Source of the DNA: a bacterium
GTDB lineage: Bacteria > RBG-13-61-14 > DATKZS01
Length of the DNA stretch: 64,000 bases
Assembly: GCA_963674965.2 (NCBI GenBank)
Contig: CAXXFL010000004.1
Location: 192,001-256,000 of the forward strand
Reading direction: 5' to 3'
Shown here piece after piece: positions 1 to 9,389 of the stretch; position 1 is the first letter of the stretch, and each line of letters begins with the position of its first letter. The position numbers and the translations under genes are program-made. The notes below the pieces were generated by a model. The model made no database searches. It was not told the origin of the DNA and saw only the letters and a program-made list of their open reading frames with translations.

Positions 1-193
1 GCATCTCCACGTCGAACACCCCCGACTGGCTGTAGATGGTCAGGCCCTTTATGCCCCGGCGGATTATCTCGGATATCTGGTTGTAACAGGTCCCGACCGT
101 GTAGTTGCCGATCACAAGCTCGCAGCCGTCACGCACGAACCGCTCGATCGCCTCCCCCGTCGTCATGATTTTACTCGCCTTATTCTCCGGCAT
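1..193 (-). CDS. CoA-transferase subunit A (5' part; runs off the window)
   Basis: Manual translation from ATG at 193 (AGGAG RBS upstream): MPENKASKIMTTGEAIERFVRDGCELVIGNYTVG...IIRRGIKGLTIYSQSGVFDVEM, typical of a family I CoA-transferase alpha N-terminus. Confidence 0.7.
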   Translation of the reverse strand, partial: MPENKASKIMTTGEAIERFVRDGCELVIGNYTVGTCYNQISEIIRRGIKGLTIYSQSGVFDVEM

Positions 194-326
194 TAATAAA
201 TCTCCTCGCGAAAAATTTGAAGGCTATTTTATCACGGAAAAGCCGGGAGTCGGATTTTGATCGGCGCGGGTACCCCGCGGCGCCCGGTGGGTTCCCTCGG
301 CCCTCGCCCACGTGCTACTATAAACA

Positions 327-740
327 ATGATGGACAGGGAAGGACATATTACTCTTCTGACGCTCAGCCTGGGGGCGATAGCGTTGTCCTTTATCTTGCG
401 GGCGGGACCGGACTTCGTTTATATCCCGGCGGCCTGGGGATTGAGGGCGCCCGGCACGTGCCCGTTCCACGACCTTACCGGACTCAACTGCCCCTTTTGC
501 GGACTTACAAGAGGCTTCGTGGCCCTGGCTCACGGTGACTTGAGAAGGGCGATCGAGTTCAACGCCATGGCGCCGGCGGCGTTCATTTTCATCGCGTCGC
601 AGATTCCCTACAGGGCGCTGGCGCTTTGGAGAGGAAACGAGGGCAGGCTGGGAGCGAGGCTGCAAAAGCTGGCGCTTTACTTGATCGGCTCCGCTCTCCT
701 GATACAATGGCTTTTTTATTTGCTCGCGAGGCTTTTATAA
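327..740 (+). CDS. DUF2752-like membrane protein
   Basis: CPFHDLTGLNCPFCGLTR motif plus hydrophobic helices. Confidence 0.8.
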   Translation: MMDREGHITLLTLSLGAIALSFILRAGPDFVYIPAAWGLRAPGTCPFHDLTGLNCPFCGLTRGFVALAHGDLRRAIEFNAMAPAAFIFIASQIPYRALALWRGNEGRLGARLQKLALYLIGSALLIQWLFYLLARLL

Positions 741-828
741 AGGTTTCCACCCGCTTGAAAAAAGGAGATGGTATGAATGAAGAGTTTTGAGGTGGTAAAT
801 ACTTCAACTAGGTTAGGAATGATCTATT

Positions 829-970
829 GGAGTAGGCGGGTCGTGGGCTGGATCGTTTTCGTGAGGCTTATGACCTCGTAAAGGAGATTAGTCAGCCCCG
901 CGACTGGAGCGCCACCGTAAGGCTAGACCTTGTATAGGAGTTTGGCGGCCCCTCAAAGCGTGTCTACTCC
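829..970 (+). ncRNA. Putative IS110 bridge RNA
   Basis: Closing stem GGAGTAGGC (829-837) / GTCTACTCC (962-970) encloses two stem-loops with internal loops (840-904 and about 910-947), directly upstream of the IS110 transposase. Confidence 0.65.
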
Positions 971-1009
971 GACCTTAGATCAAATTTATTTCTAGGGAGG
1001 AGTAAGGAA

Positions 1010-2026
1010 ATGGGAAGGTACATTGGAATCGATCTGCACAGGAATTGTTTCACCTCTTGCGTCCTGGCCGAGAACGGACGGAACTATCTCAAGGACTGGC
1101 GTCTCGAGGATTTGGAGAAGTTTTGCTCGACGCTTCGCGAGTCCGACGAGATCGCGGTTGAGGTCACGGGCAACGTCCGCCTTTTTTACGACGCCGTTCG
1201 CGGCCTCGTTTCCCGCGTCGTGGTTGTCAACCCTCGCCAGTTCAAGGTCATCAGCGAGTCGGTCAACAAAACGGACGGCAACGACGCCAGACGCCTTGCC
1301 CTGTTTTTGTCCAAGGGCCTTTTGCCGGAGGTGAGGATGCCGAACAAGGAACACGCTCAGGTTAAAAGCCTCACTCAAAGCCGGGACAAGCTGGTGAAGC
1401 TTCGCACGGCCTTGAAGAACAAGATCAACAACATCTGCTCGGCCCACGGCATCAACCTGAAGAAGGAATATCTTTCCAGCGAGAAGGGCCTTGAGACGGT
1501 GCAGGAGATACCTTTCGACCCCATGGTCAAGACCGAGGTCCGCGTCCTGGTGGAGCAGATTCGGGGCTTGAACGCCGGGGTCAAGGAGCTTGAGGCCGCC
1601 ATCAAGGACTCGGGCAATCAGCTTCCCGGTCACAAGAATTTGAAGAGCATAAAGGGTATCGGGGACCTTGGCTCGGCCATACTTTTGTCGGTGATCGTTG
1701 ACGTCAAGGACTTCCCCGACGAGGGCAAGCTGGCCTCCTACTTCGGCATCGTCCCCCGGGTTAGCAACTCGAACGAGACCAGCCGCTCGGGCCGGATCAC
1801 GAAGCGGGGCAACAAACTCGGCCGCACTACCCTGGTCCAATGCGCCCTCATCGCCAAGCGTTACAGCCCTTATTTGTCGAGCTTCTACGAGCGTATCAAG
1901 GCCAGGCGCGGCGCGGGCAAGGCCATCATCGCACTGGCTCGCAAATTTTTGAAGATCATTTACATCACTTTACAGGAAAACTTGATTTGGGAGGACTTCC
2001 CGAACGGAGTAATAGCGAAAGGCTGA
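1010..2026 (+). CDS. IS110-family transposase/recombinase
   Basis: DEDD RuvC-like motifs (GIDLH, AVEVTG, KTDGND) and C-terminal SIKGIG...YFGIVPRVSNS with the expected catalytic Ser. Confidence 0.95.
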   Translation: MGRYIGIDLHRNCFTSCVLAENGRNYLKDWRLEDLEKFCSTLRESDEIAVEVTGNVRLFYDAVRGLVSRVVVVNPRQFKVISESVNKTDGNDARRLALFLSKGLLPEVRMPNKEHAQVKSLTQSRDKLVKLRTALKNKINNICSAHGINLKKEYLSSEKGLETVQEIPFDPMVKTEVRVLVEQIRGLNAGVKELEAAIKDSGNQLPGHKNLKSIKGIGDLGSAILLSVIVDVKDFPDEGKLASYFGIVPRVSNSNETSRSGRITKRGNKLGRTTLVQCALIAKRYSPYLSSFYERIKARRGAGKAIIALARKFLKIIYITLQENLIWEDFPNGVIAKG

Positions 2027-2087
2027 GTTTGTAAAATAATTCAGCTAATTTAAAAGGTTGGGTAGACAACCATCATAGGAGGAAGCG

Positions 2088-2906
2088 ATGGCGCAATGCC
2101 CCCGTTGCTCGAGTCGGATACCGGATGGTTCGGCTAAATGCCCCAATTGCGGGGCCGACCTGATAATGGCGCCGGGCGGCTACGCGGGTCCCCCTCCGGG
2201 ACCGGGCGTTCCTTCGCCGGGACAGCCTTTCCGTCCGCCCTTGGCCCCTCCTCCGCCGGGATACTACCAGGGAGCGCCGGGCGGATTCCCGCCGCCCCCG
2301 CCCGCTCCCGAGAAAACCTCGGGCGCGGCCGCGGCCTCTCTCATCCTTGCCATCCTGGGCGTATGCTCCGGAGGCATCCTGGGTATAGTGGGCATGGTGG
2401 TCGGATTTATCGCCCTGTCCTCGATCAACAAGTCGGGTGGGCGGCTGGGTGGAAAGGGACTGGCCATCGGCGGCATAGCCGTCGGGGGCGTCTCGATTTT
2501 CGTGGGCCTGTTCGTGATGGGCATCGTGGCCGCCATTTCCATACCGAGCTTCCTCAAGTACCAGGGCAAGGCCAAACAGGCCGTCGCGAGAACCGAGATA
2601 AACGATTTCCATCTCGCACAGCAAAGGTATTACCTCAGCTATAACGAGTACGCCGACAGCTTCGATACGCTGGGATGGTTTCCGCGAAACGATACTTCTT
2701 ACGCGTATTTTTTAGGACAGGACGAAATCCAGCCCATCGCGGGGGGCCCATATGACCTGCCCCGCGACGTTTATACCTGGGTTGAAAAACACGACTGGCA
2801 GATCATCGCCGTGGCCAATATTGATAGTGACCCGACCCTGGACATATGGATGATGAACAGCGACAAGGGTGAGGTCGAGTGCCTGCTCGACGACTCGGTT
2901 AATTAG
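2088..2906 (+). CDS. Zinc-ribbon / Pro-rich / DUF4190 protein with a type IV pilin-like C-terminal part
   Basis: CPRC..CPNC ribbon, Pro-rich linker, DUF4190-type TM hairpin (GKGLAIGGI), then AAISIPSFLKYQGKAKQAVARTEI resembling a pilin alpha helix. Confidence 0.7.
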   Translation: MAQCPRCSSRIPDGSAKCPNCGADLIMAPGGYAGPPPGPGVPSPGQPFRPPLAPPPPGYYQGAPGGFPPPPPAPEKTSGAAAASLILAILGVCSGGILGIVGMVVGFIALSSINKSGGRLGGKGLAIGGIAVGGVSIFVGLFVMGIVAAISIPSFLKYQGKAKQAVARTEINDFHLAQQRYYLSYNEYADSFDTLGWFPRNDTSYAYFLGQDEIQPIAGGPYDLPRDVYTWVEKHDWQIIAVANIDSDPTLDIWMMNSDKGEVECLLDDSVN

Positions 2907-3694
2907 GACCCGGCCCGGCTTATGCCGAAGGCGCGAAAAGCGTTGGCCGTGGTGGCCTCGGCCACTTGTTCGAGGCTTTGATTCCTTATCCCGGCTATGG
3001 TCTCGGCCACCAGCCTTACATAGGCGGGCTCGTTTCTCTTTCCCCTGTGGGGCATGGGCGTGAGGAAGGGGCAATCGGTCTCGATAAGAATCCTGTCCGC
3101 CGGAAGTGACGCGGCCACCTCCGGCGCCTGCCTGGCGTTCTTATAGGTAATCGTGCCGGGAAAGGATATATAAAACCCCATGGCTAAAAGCTGACGGGCC
3201 ATCTCGGGGGACCCCGCGTAACAATGCATGATTCCCCCCGCCCGTGGCGCGCCGTCCTCGCGCAGGATTCTCATCAGATCGCCGTGGGCGTCCCGGTCGT
3301 GGATGACCACCGGCACGTCGAGTTCTCGCGCCAGGCCGAGCTGGTCGCGGAACCTTTTTATCTGGACTTCCCGGGGCGAGTAATTCTTGAAGTAATCCAG
3401 CCCGATCTCCCCGATGGCCACGACCTTTTCCCTTTTCGCCATGTCCCTTATCAGGCTGAGGTCCTCGTCCGTTATCTTCTTGGCGTCGTGAGGATGGACC
3501 CCGGCCGTGGCCCAGATATTCTCCCGACTCTCGGCCACCTCCAGCGCCCTTTGCATGCACTCGAGTCCGTCGCCCGAGCCGATGGTCACAATATACTCGA
3601 CCCCCGCCTCCCGGGCGCGGGCGATGACCTGGTCCCGGTCCTTATCAAAGGCCGGAAAATCCAGGTGAGCGTGAGTATCGAAAAGGGATATCAT
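2903..3694 (-). CDS. tatD: TatD-family hydrolase
   Basis: DTHAH, GVHPH, AIGEIGLDY, IHDRDA, ETDCPFL and RNEP motifs; start placed at ATG 3694. Confidence 0.93.
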   Translation of the reverse strand: MISLFDTHAHLDFPAFDKDRDQVIARAREAGVEYIVTIGSGDGLECMQRALEVAESRENIWATAGVHPHDAKKITDEDLSLIRDMAKREKVVAIGEIGLDYFKNYSPREVQIKRFRDQLGLARELDVPVVIHDRDAHGDLMRILREDGAPRAGGIMHCYAGSPEMARQLLAMGFYISFPGTITYKNARQAPEVAASLPADRILIETDCPFLTPMPHRGKRNEPAYVRLVAETIAGIRNQSLEQVAEATTANAFRAFGISRAGS

Positions 3695-3717
3695 CTCAAA
3701 AGCTAACCGCGCGGCGC

Positions 3718-5253
3718 CTATTTGTCCTCGATTCTGGGAAACAGCGCCGGCCCCTTGGTCATCCTGGTGTCCGCCTTCAGGCCGCACCATTTGACCTTGT
3801 CCGCCAGCGGCGGGTCGGAGGGTTTGCCCGGAGCGCCGATCTGTTCCCACATCTTTTCGGCCGACTCGGGCATGAACGGCGATATAAGTATGGCGGTGAT
3901 TCTCAGGCACTCGGCCAGGTTGTAAAGCACCGTGCCCAGCCTTTCCTTTTTTTCCGGGTCCTTGGCGAGAGTAAAGGGGGCGGTTTGGTCCACGTACTTG
4001 TTGGCCCTGCTTATCATGGCCCAGATCGAGGTAAGGGTCCGGCTGAAGCCGCATTCGGCCATGGCCGCCCGGACCTCCGTGACCGAGGTCTCGACCTGGC
4101 TTATCAGGTCCCGGTCCACGTCCTCGAGGGCGCCGGGGGCGGGTATGATTCCTCCCACGTACTTGCCGGCCATGCCCGCCGTCCGTGAAAGGAGGTTGCC
4201 CAGGTCGTTGGCCAGGTCGGAGTTGATCCTGCCCACCAGGGCCTGGTAAGAAAAGTCGCCGTCCAGCCCGAAGGGTATTTCCCTGAGCACGAAATAACGG
4301 AAGGGCTCGAGCCCGTACTTCTCGATCACCTCGTACGGATTAATGAAGTTGCCAAGGGACTTGCTCATTTTCTGGCCGTCGTTGGTCCACCAGCCGTGAG
4401 CGAAGACGGTCTCCGGCAGGGGCAGGCCGGCGCTCATGAGCAGGCACGGCCAGATGACCGCGTGATGTCTCAGGATGTCCTTCCCGATAAGGTGGACGCC
4501 GGCGGGCCAGAACTTGTTATATTTCTCGTCGTCCTCCTGCCCGAAGCCCAGGGCGGAGATATAGTTGGTCAGGGCGTCGACCCAGACGTAAAGCACGTGA
4601 TCCGTCGTTCCCGGCACGTGTATGCCCCAGTTGAAGCTGACCCGCGAGATGGAAAGGTCGTTAAGTCCCATCTCGACGAAGCTTTTGATCTCGTTTCTCC
4701 TGCTCTCGGGCATGATGAACCGGGGATGGCTCTCGATGTGCTCGAGCAGCTTGTCCTGGTACTTGCTCATGCGGAAGAAATAGGAGGGCTCGGACACCTT
4801 CTCCACCGGTCTTCCGCACATGGGGCACTTGCCGTCCTTGAGCTGCAACTCGGTGTAAAAGGTCTCGCAGGGAACGCAGTAAATACCCTCGTACTTGCCC
4901 AGGTAAACGTCGCCCGCCGCCTCGATCCTCTTGTAGAGCTCCGCGACGCCCTTTTTATGCCTTGCCTCGGTGGTCCTGACGTAGTCGTCGTTCCCGATCT
5001 TCATGTAGCGCCAAAGTTCCTTGAAATGCTCCGAGTTCTTGTCCGCCAGCTCTTGAGGCGTGATCCCCGCCAGCTCGGCCGCCCGCTGCATCTTCTGCCC
5101 ATGCTCGTCCGTGCCGGTAAGGAAATAAACTTCCTTTCCCGCAAGTCGGTGGTAGCGGGCCAGGACGTCGGCCGCCAGGGTGGTGTAGGCGTGTCCGATG
5201 TGGGGCACGTCGTTGACGTAATAAATGGGGGTCGTGACGTAGAACTTTTCCAT
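3718..5253 (-). CDS. metG: Methionine--tRNA ligase (short form, no C-terminal tRNA-binding domain)
   Basis: TTPIYYVN, HIGH and KMSKS motifs, CxxC..CxxC knuckle. Confidence 0.97.
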   Translation of the reverse strand: MEKFYVTTPIYYVNDVPHIGHAYTTLAADVLARYHRLAGKEVYFLTGTDEHGQKMQRAAELAGITPQELADKNSEHFKELWRYMKIGNDDYVRTTEARHKKGVAELYKRIEAAGDVYLGKYEGIYCVPCETFYTELQLKDGKCPMCGRPVEKVSEPSYFFRMSKYQDKLLEHIESHPRFIMPESRRNEIKSFVEMGLNDLSISRVSFNWGIHVPGTTDHVLYVWVDALTNYISALGFGQEDDEKYNKFWPAGVHLIGKDILRHHAVIWPCLLMSAGLPLPETVFAHGWWTNDGQKMSKSLGNFINPYEVIEKYGLEPFRYFVLREIPFGLDGDFSYQALVGRINSDLANDLGNLLSRTAGMAGKYVGGIIPAPGALEDVDRDLISQVETSVTEVRAAMAECGFSRTLTSIWAMISRANKYVDQTAPFTLAKDPEKKERLGTVLYNLAECLRITAILISPFMPESAEKMWEQIGAPGKPSDPPLADKVKWCGLKADTRMTKGPALFPRIEDK

Positions 5254-5419
5254 GGCAATCCTCTTCGGCTACGGGTAAGATCGATCTTATTGATGGTATT
5301 ATGGAGGGCGACCAATATCAAGTTCCGGATGGCGTTTAAAACCGGGTGATATTTCGTTCATGAAAAAAACGCGCCGTGAGAACCCGTCCCCCGGCGCGCG
5401 TATTTCAAGTTACGAGGCC

Positions 5420-7627
5420 TTATTCGCTATTTATCTCTTTATCGTTATCGGCCGGCTTGTCCTTTTCTTTTCCCTCTTCCTCCTTGGGGGATCCCTCGGG
5501 GGGAAGACCGTTCGCCACCCTGGCGTTTATCAGGGCTTCCATGAACTTGGGCACGAGCTTTAAAGACGGGTCCTCCTCGAAGCTTTTCTCCAGGGGCTCG
5601 AGGGACTCCTTGATCCTGCCCTGCTCGATCAGGAACTGGGCCCATTCCTGAAGATATAAAATGTCGTCGGGCTTAGCCAACTGACCCGCCCGCTGGAACT
5701 CGGCCTCGGCCAGGGCCGGCCGTCCCTGCCGCTTGTAGACCAGGGCCATGCCCACCGCTCCCAGCGGGGTATCGACGACTTTCTCGTTCTGGAACTCGGC
5801 GAAGGCCTTGTCGTGGTCGCCAAGCTCGAGATATATCCTGCCCAGGAAGTACCGGGCCTGGACGCTGTCTTTAAGCTCGATCGATTTCTGGAAGGCCTTG
5901 GCCGCGTCCTGAAGGTATATCTGGGCCTCCTCCAGCATGTCCTTCTGGCGGGCCGCGTCGGCCAGTCTCATGTTGATCTTGCCGATCTGGACCCATCCCT
6001 CCTCGTTTTCCACCTGCCGCGTGAACCATGTATGGTAGGCCGCGATGGCCTCCTCGTAGCGGCCCAGGGCGAACAGGGCCTTGGCACGCGTCTCGAGGGC
6101 CACGGGGCTTTGCGTGTCGCCCTCGAGGACCTCGTCGGAAACGGCCAGCATCTTGTCGAACTGGTCCGCGACCAAAAGTTGGTTCAGGTTTTGCAACTTG
6201 GGTATTAGGTGCTGATAATCGAGCACGTCCTTTTTCATGGCCTTGTTGACGTCGCCCTCGAAGCCCCCGACCACGTAACCGAGGGCGTCAAGTTGGGCCA
6301 TGATCTCGGGAGAAAGGTCGCCCTCCTCCAACTCGGCGCTCTCGAGCTTGTCGCGCGACCATTCGCTCTCGAGACCGTCCAGCCTGGAGCGCATAATGTT
6401 GGCCTGCTTGCACGCGTCCCTCTTGGCGGGGTCCTCGTCATCGCATCCTCCCTCGATGAGATTTTTCAGCTCCTTGGGGTCGTCCTCGAGGTCGAACAGC
6501 AAAGGCTTTGGGGACTTGATGTATTTGTATTCCTTGTTCACCAGACCCGAGAGGGGGGCCCAGCCGTAATGCAGAAAAACGGACTTGCTTTCCATGTAGG
6601 CGAACCTGTCGGCCGGCGGAGGGGTCGCGCCATCGATAAGTCCCCAAAGGCTTTCCCCCGAGGCCTGAGCGGGAATCTCGATACCAAGGTAATCGAGCAC
6701 CGTGGGCAGGACGTCGATCTGGGAGGCGATGGTTTTAATCCGGGTTCCCGGCCTGGTCATGTTGGGAAAACGAGCGATCATGGGGATGTGCTGGGTACCC
6801 TCATAGATAAAGTTGGAATGGGTGGGCTCGTCATGCTCTCCAAGACCCTCGCCGTGGTCGCCCAGGCAGATGATTATGGTGTCGTCGTAAACCTTTAATT
6901 CTTTCAGCTTATCGAAAAGCCTTCCGATCTGCTTGTCCATGAAGGCTATTTCACCGTCGTATTTGGAAGGGTAAAGGAGCTTGTATTCCTCGGGCGGGTC
7001 GTAGGTCGCGTGAGGGTCGTAAAAATGCACCCACATGAAAAAGGGCTTGTCGTGATGCTCGCTAAGCCAGGCCATGCTCGCGTCGGCCGTCTTGTTTCCC
7101 AGACGCTCCGCGACAAGCACCGATCCTTCCTCCTGTTCCTCCAGTTCCTCCTCGTCCCAGTGATCGAACCCCTGGTCGAGCTTGAAGACTTTTCTCAGGA
7201 CCGCCGCGCTGATAAAAGCCGCCGTCTGATAGCCGTTCTTTTTCAGCGCCTCCGCCATGGTCTCGAGCTTGGCCGGAACGCGGTAGGCCCCGTTGTCGAT
7301 GACGCCGTTATATAGGGGGACCGTGCCGGTGAAAATGGAGGTATGGGCCGGAAGCGTAAGGGGTATATGGCTGTAGAACCGCTCGAAAAGCACTCCCTCC
7401 CTGGCCAGCCGGTTCAAGGTAGGGGTCTCGATCCAGCTATGGCCATAGGCCCGGATATGGTCGGCCCGCGTGGTGTCCATGGTGACGATAAGAACGTTCG
7501 GCTTGGATTTTTTCGAGCACGCCGACGAGCCGGCCAGGGTCCAGACAAGGCCGCCTCCGATAAGCATCCAGGCCAGGACCGCGGCCGCAAGGATTATGGA
7601 ACCGCGTCCGTTTCGAGTTTTTGCCAT
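5420..7627 (-). CDS. Sulfatase-like (alkaline phosphatase superfamily) hydrolase with TPR repeats
   Basis: PNVLIVTMDTTRADH, WVHFYDPH and GDHGE motifs; helical TPR-like C-terminus. Confidence 0.85.
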   Translation of the reverse strand: MAKTRNGRGSIILAAAVLAWMLIGGGLVWTLAGSSACSKKSKPNVLIVTMDTTRADHIRAYGHSWIETPTLNRLAREGVLFERFYSHIPLTLPAHTSIFTGTVPLYNGVIDNGAYRVPAKLETMAEALKKNGYQTAAFISAAVLRKVFKLDQGFDHWDEEELEEQEEGSVLVAERLGNKTADASMAWLSEHHDKPFFMWVHFYDPHATYDPPEEYKLLYPSKYDGEIAFMDKQIGRLFDKLKELKVYDDTIIICLGDHGEGLGEHDEPTHSNFIYEGTQHIPMIARFPNMTRPGTRIKTIASQIDVLPTVLDYLGIEIPAQASGESLWGLIDGATPPPADRFAYMESKSVFLHYGWAPLSGLVNKEYKYIKSPKPLLFDLEDDPKELKNLIEGGCDDEDPAKRDACKQANIMRSRLDGLESEWSRDKLESAELEEGDLSPEIMAQLDALGYVVGGFEGDVNKAMKKDVLDYQHLIPKLQNLNQLLVADQFDKMLAVSDEVLEGDTQSPVALETRAKALFALGRYEEAIAAYHTWFTRQVENEEGWVQIGKINMRLADAARQKDMLEEAQIYLQDAAKAFQKSIELKDSVQARYFLGRIYLELGDHDKAFAEFQNEKVVDTPLGAVGMALVYKRQGRPALAEAEFQRAGQLAKPDDILYLQEWAQFLIEQGRIKESLEPLEKSFEEDPSLKLVPKFMEALINARVANGLPPEGSPKEEEGKEKDKPADNDKEINSE

Positions 7628-7807
7628 GCGATATGATCCTCCAATTAATTTAGGCTTCCCGCGGGAGCCGCCGAATGGGTATATGTGTTTTGATTCCCCC
7701 GGAAAAAAATGGTTCGATTTTCAATCCTCCACCGATTATCCAACGTCCATCCTGGAGGTTCAAGACGCGAGAAGCGGAGGCGGGGAAAGGAATGGCTAAG
7801 ATACGGA

Positions 7808-9229
7808 CTACTTGAATATTTTTACCTTTCCCCCCGCGTAGCTTTGAGCCAGGACCCCATTGGTTCCCGACCTTAGCTGGACGGTCTCGTATCCGGCCTG
7901 GGTCGCCTTATCGTGAAGTTTCTCCACGGTTTTTACCTTGTCCGCCTCCTTCATGGCTTTCCATTCCTTGTCGTCCACCTCGACGACGGCCGCTTTCTGG
8001 AGGGCTTTGACGGCCACGATCTTTATCGGAGCGCCCGAGAGATCGATCTCGACCGTCTTGAGCTCGGAGCTTTGAAAGAGTCCGATACTCCACAGGCCCC
8101 AGACGACGGCGGCCAGGACGATTATCGAGGAAACGATTAATATCGGGAGCGAGCGTCGAGACAAGAGACCGTCCGGGCCGCTTTTTTCGGCCTTTGGAAC
8201 TGAAGTATCGAGGTCCGGTTTTTTCTTTTTCCTGGAGTCGGTTATCTCGACGCCGGGCTCAGTCCCGGCCCCGCTCGCCTGTTCTTGAACTCGCTTTTTA
8301 AGGGGTTCCATCGTTTCCCTGGTCGAGCGAAGGCGGTTCCAGGCAGATTGCAGGGCCTCGACGCCTTTCTGGCCCTCCTTCTTGGCCAGGCTGTAACGGG
8401 CAAGCAGCGTGGGCGTCAGCTTGTCCACCTTGGCGTCGATCTGCCTGACGGCCTGGGACCATTCCTGGGGCTTGTAATTTATCGACTTTCCAACCGTGAT
8501 GAGCCGGGCCGCCGCGTAGGCCATGACGAAGCCGTTAAGCTTGAGTATCCATTGCGCGATGGAATCCGCCGCGCCTCCCGGCCTAGCGTCCGAGGACTGG
8601 AGCAGGCTTGCCTCCGGGTCGCTCAGAACGAGTTTATCCACCAGCACTTTTTCAATAATATAGATTTTGGGCGATTCCTTTTGATGGACCCGGTCCAGGA
8701 TGGCCCATTCCATGTAGGCCTCGTTATTGAGAAATCCGGAAAGCGACCTGGATGGATCGGCGCAATTGGGGGCGGGCATATTAAAATTAAAGCCGCTCGC
8801 GACTTTTTCGCTTCCCGTCCGCGCCTCCGTCTCCGGGACCGATCCGATGGCCTCGGATAAGTCGTCGTCCCGCTCAGGAGGAGCGGCGCTTGGAACGGGA
8901 ACGGAGGCGGCAGGACCTTCACTGACCGCGGGACTGGAAGGCTCTCCCCGCCCCTGCGGCACCACTATTTCTATTCCGATCTCTCCCTCCCGTTCCTTCA
9001 GCTTCCGGAAAAAGGAAAGCAGGACCGAGGGCTCGATACCATACTCGCTTTTAAATGCCTCGATCAATCCCGAGGCCATCAGCCTGTCCTCCCGGTAGTA
9101 AACGGCCGCGGCCTCACGGCACATCTGGAGGACGTTGGACTCGGGAATGTCCTTGGCCACCTTCGACTGAATCAGGTAATGAGATATCCATTTGGAAAGT
9201 TTCTCAGGAGAGCACTTGTCCACGCCCAC
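7808..9229 (-). CDS. Hypothetical protein with one TM helix near the C-terminus
   Basis: 473 aa ORF with RBS; hydrophobic LPILIVSSIIVLAAVVWGLW segment. Confidence 0.7.
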   Translation of the reverse strand: MGVDKCSPEKLSKWISHYLIQSKVAKDIPESNVLQMCREAAAVYYREDRLMASGLIEAFKSEYGIEPSVLLSFFRKLKEREGEIGIEIVVPQGRGEPSSPAVSEGPAASVPVPSAAPPERDDDLSEAIGSVPETEARTGSEKVASGFNFNMPAPNCADPSRSLSGFLNNEAYMEWAILDRVHQKESPKIYIIEKVLVDKLVLSDPEASLLQSSDARPGGAADSIAQWILKLNGFVMAYAAARLITVGKSINYKPQEWSQAVRQIDAKVDKLTPTLLARYSLAKKEGQKGVEALQSAWNRLRSTRETMEPLKKRVQEQASGAGTEPGVEITDSRKKKKPDLDTSVPKAEKSGPDGLLSRRSLPILIVSSIIVLAAVVWGLWSIGLFQSSELKTVEIDLSGAPIKIVAVKALQKAAVVEVDDKEWKAMKEADKVKTVEKLHDKATQAGYETVQLRSGTNGVLAQSYAGGKVKIFK

Positions 9230-9389
9230 CTCCCTAACGGTTTACTGCGGCTTATCCCGTGGAATAATCCGGCGACTAAATTATTATATGTAAAACGGCT
9301 TTAGTTTCCAGATATAGATTATATAATCGAAAGAGGCGATTCAAGCGGACGGACGTTTTAAGGATGGACGAGGGAAACGAATATCGCCT

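Larger units (their letters stand above)
814..2080 (+). mobile_element. IS110-family insertion sequence (boundaries inferred)
   Basis: TAGGA occurs at both inferred junctions (814-818, 2076-2080); about 190 nt non-coding left end, transposase, short right end; no terminal inverted repeats seen. Confidence 0.7.

Noticed and set aside
768-2074. IS1111-type sub-terminal inverted repeats (GATGGT / ACCATC) as the IS110 boundaries
   Set aside because: Only a 6-bp match; the TAGGA junction model better explains the restored RBS and junction promoter, although the boundaries remain inferred
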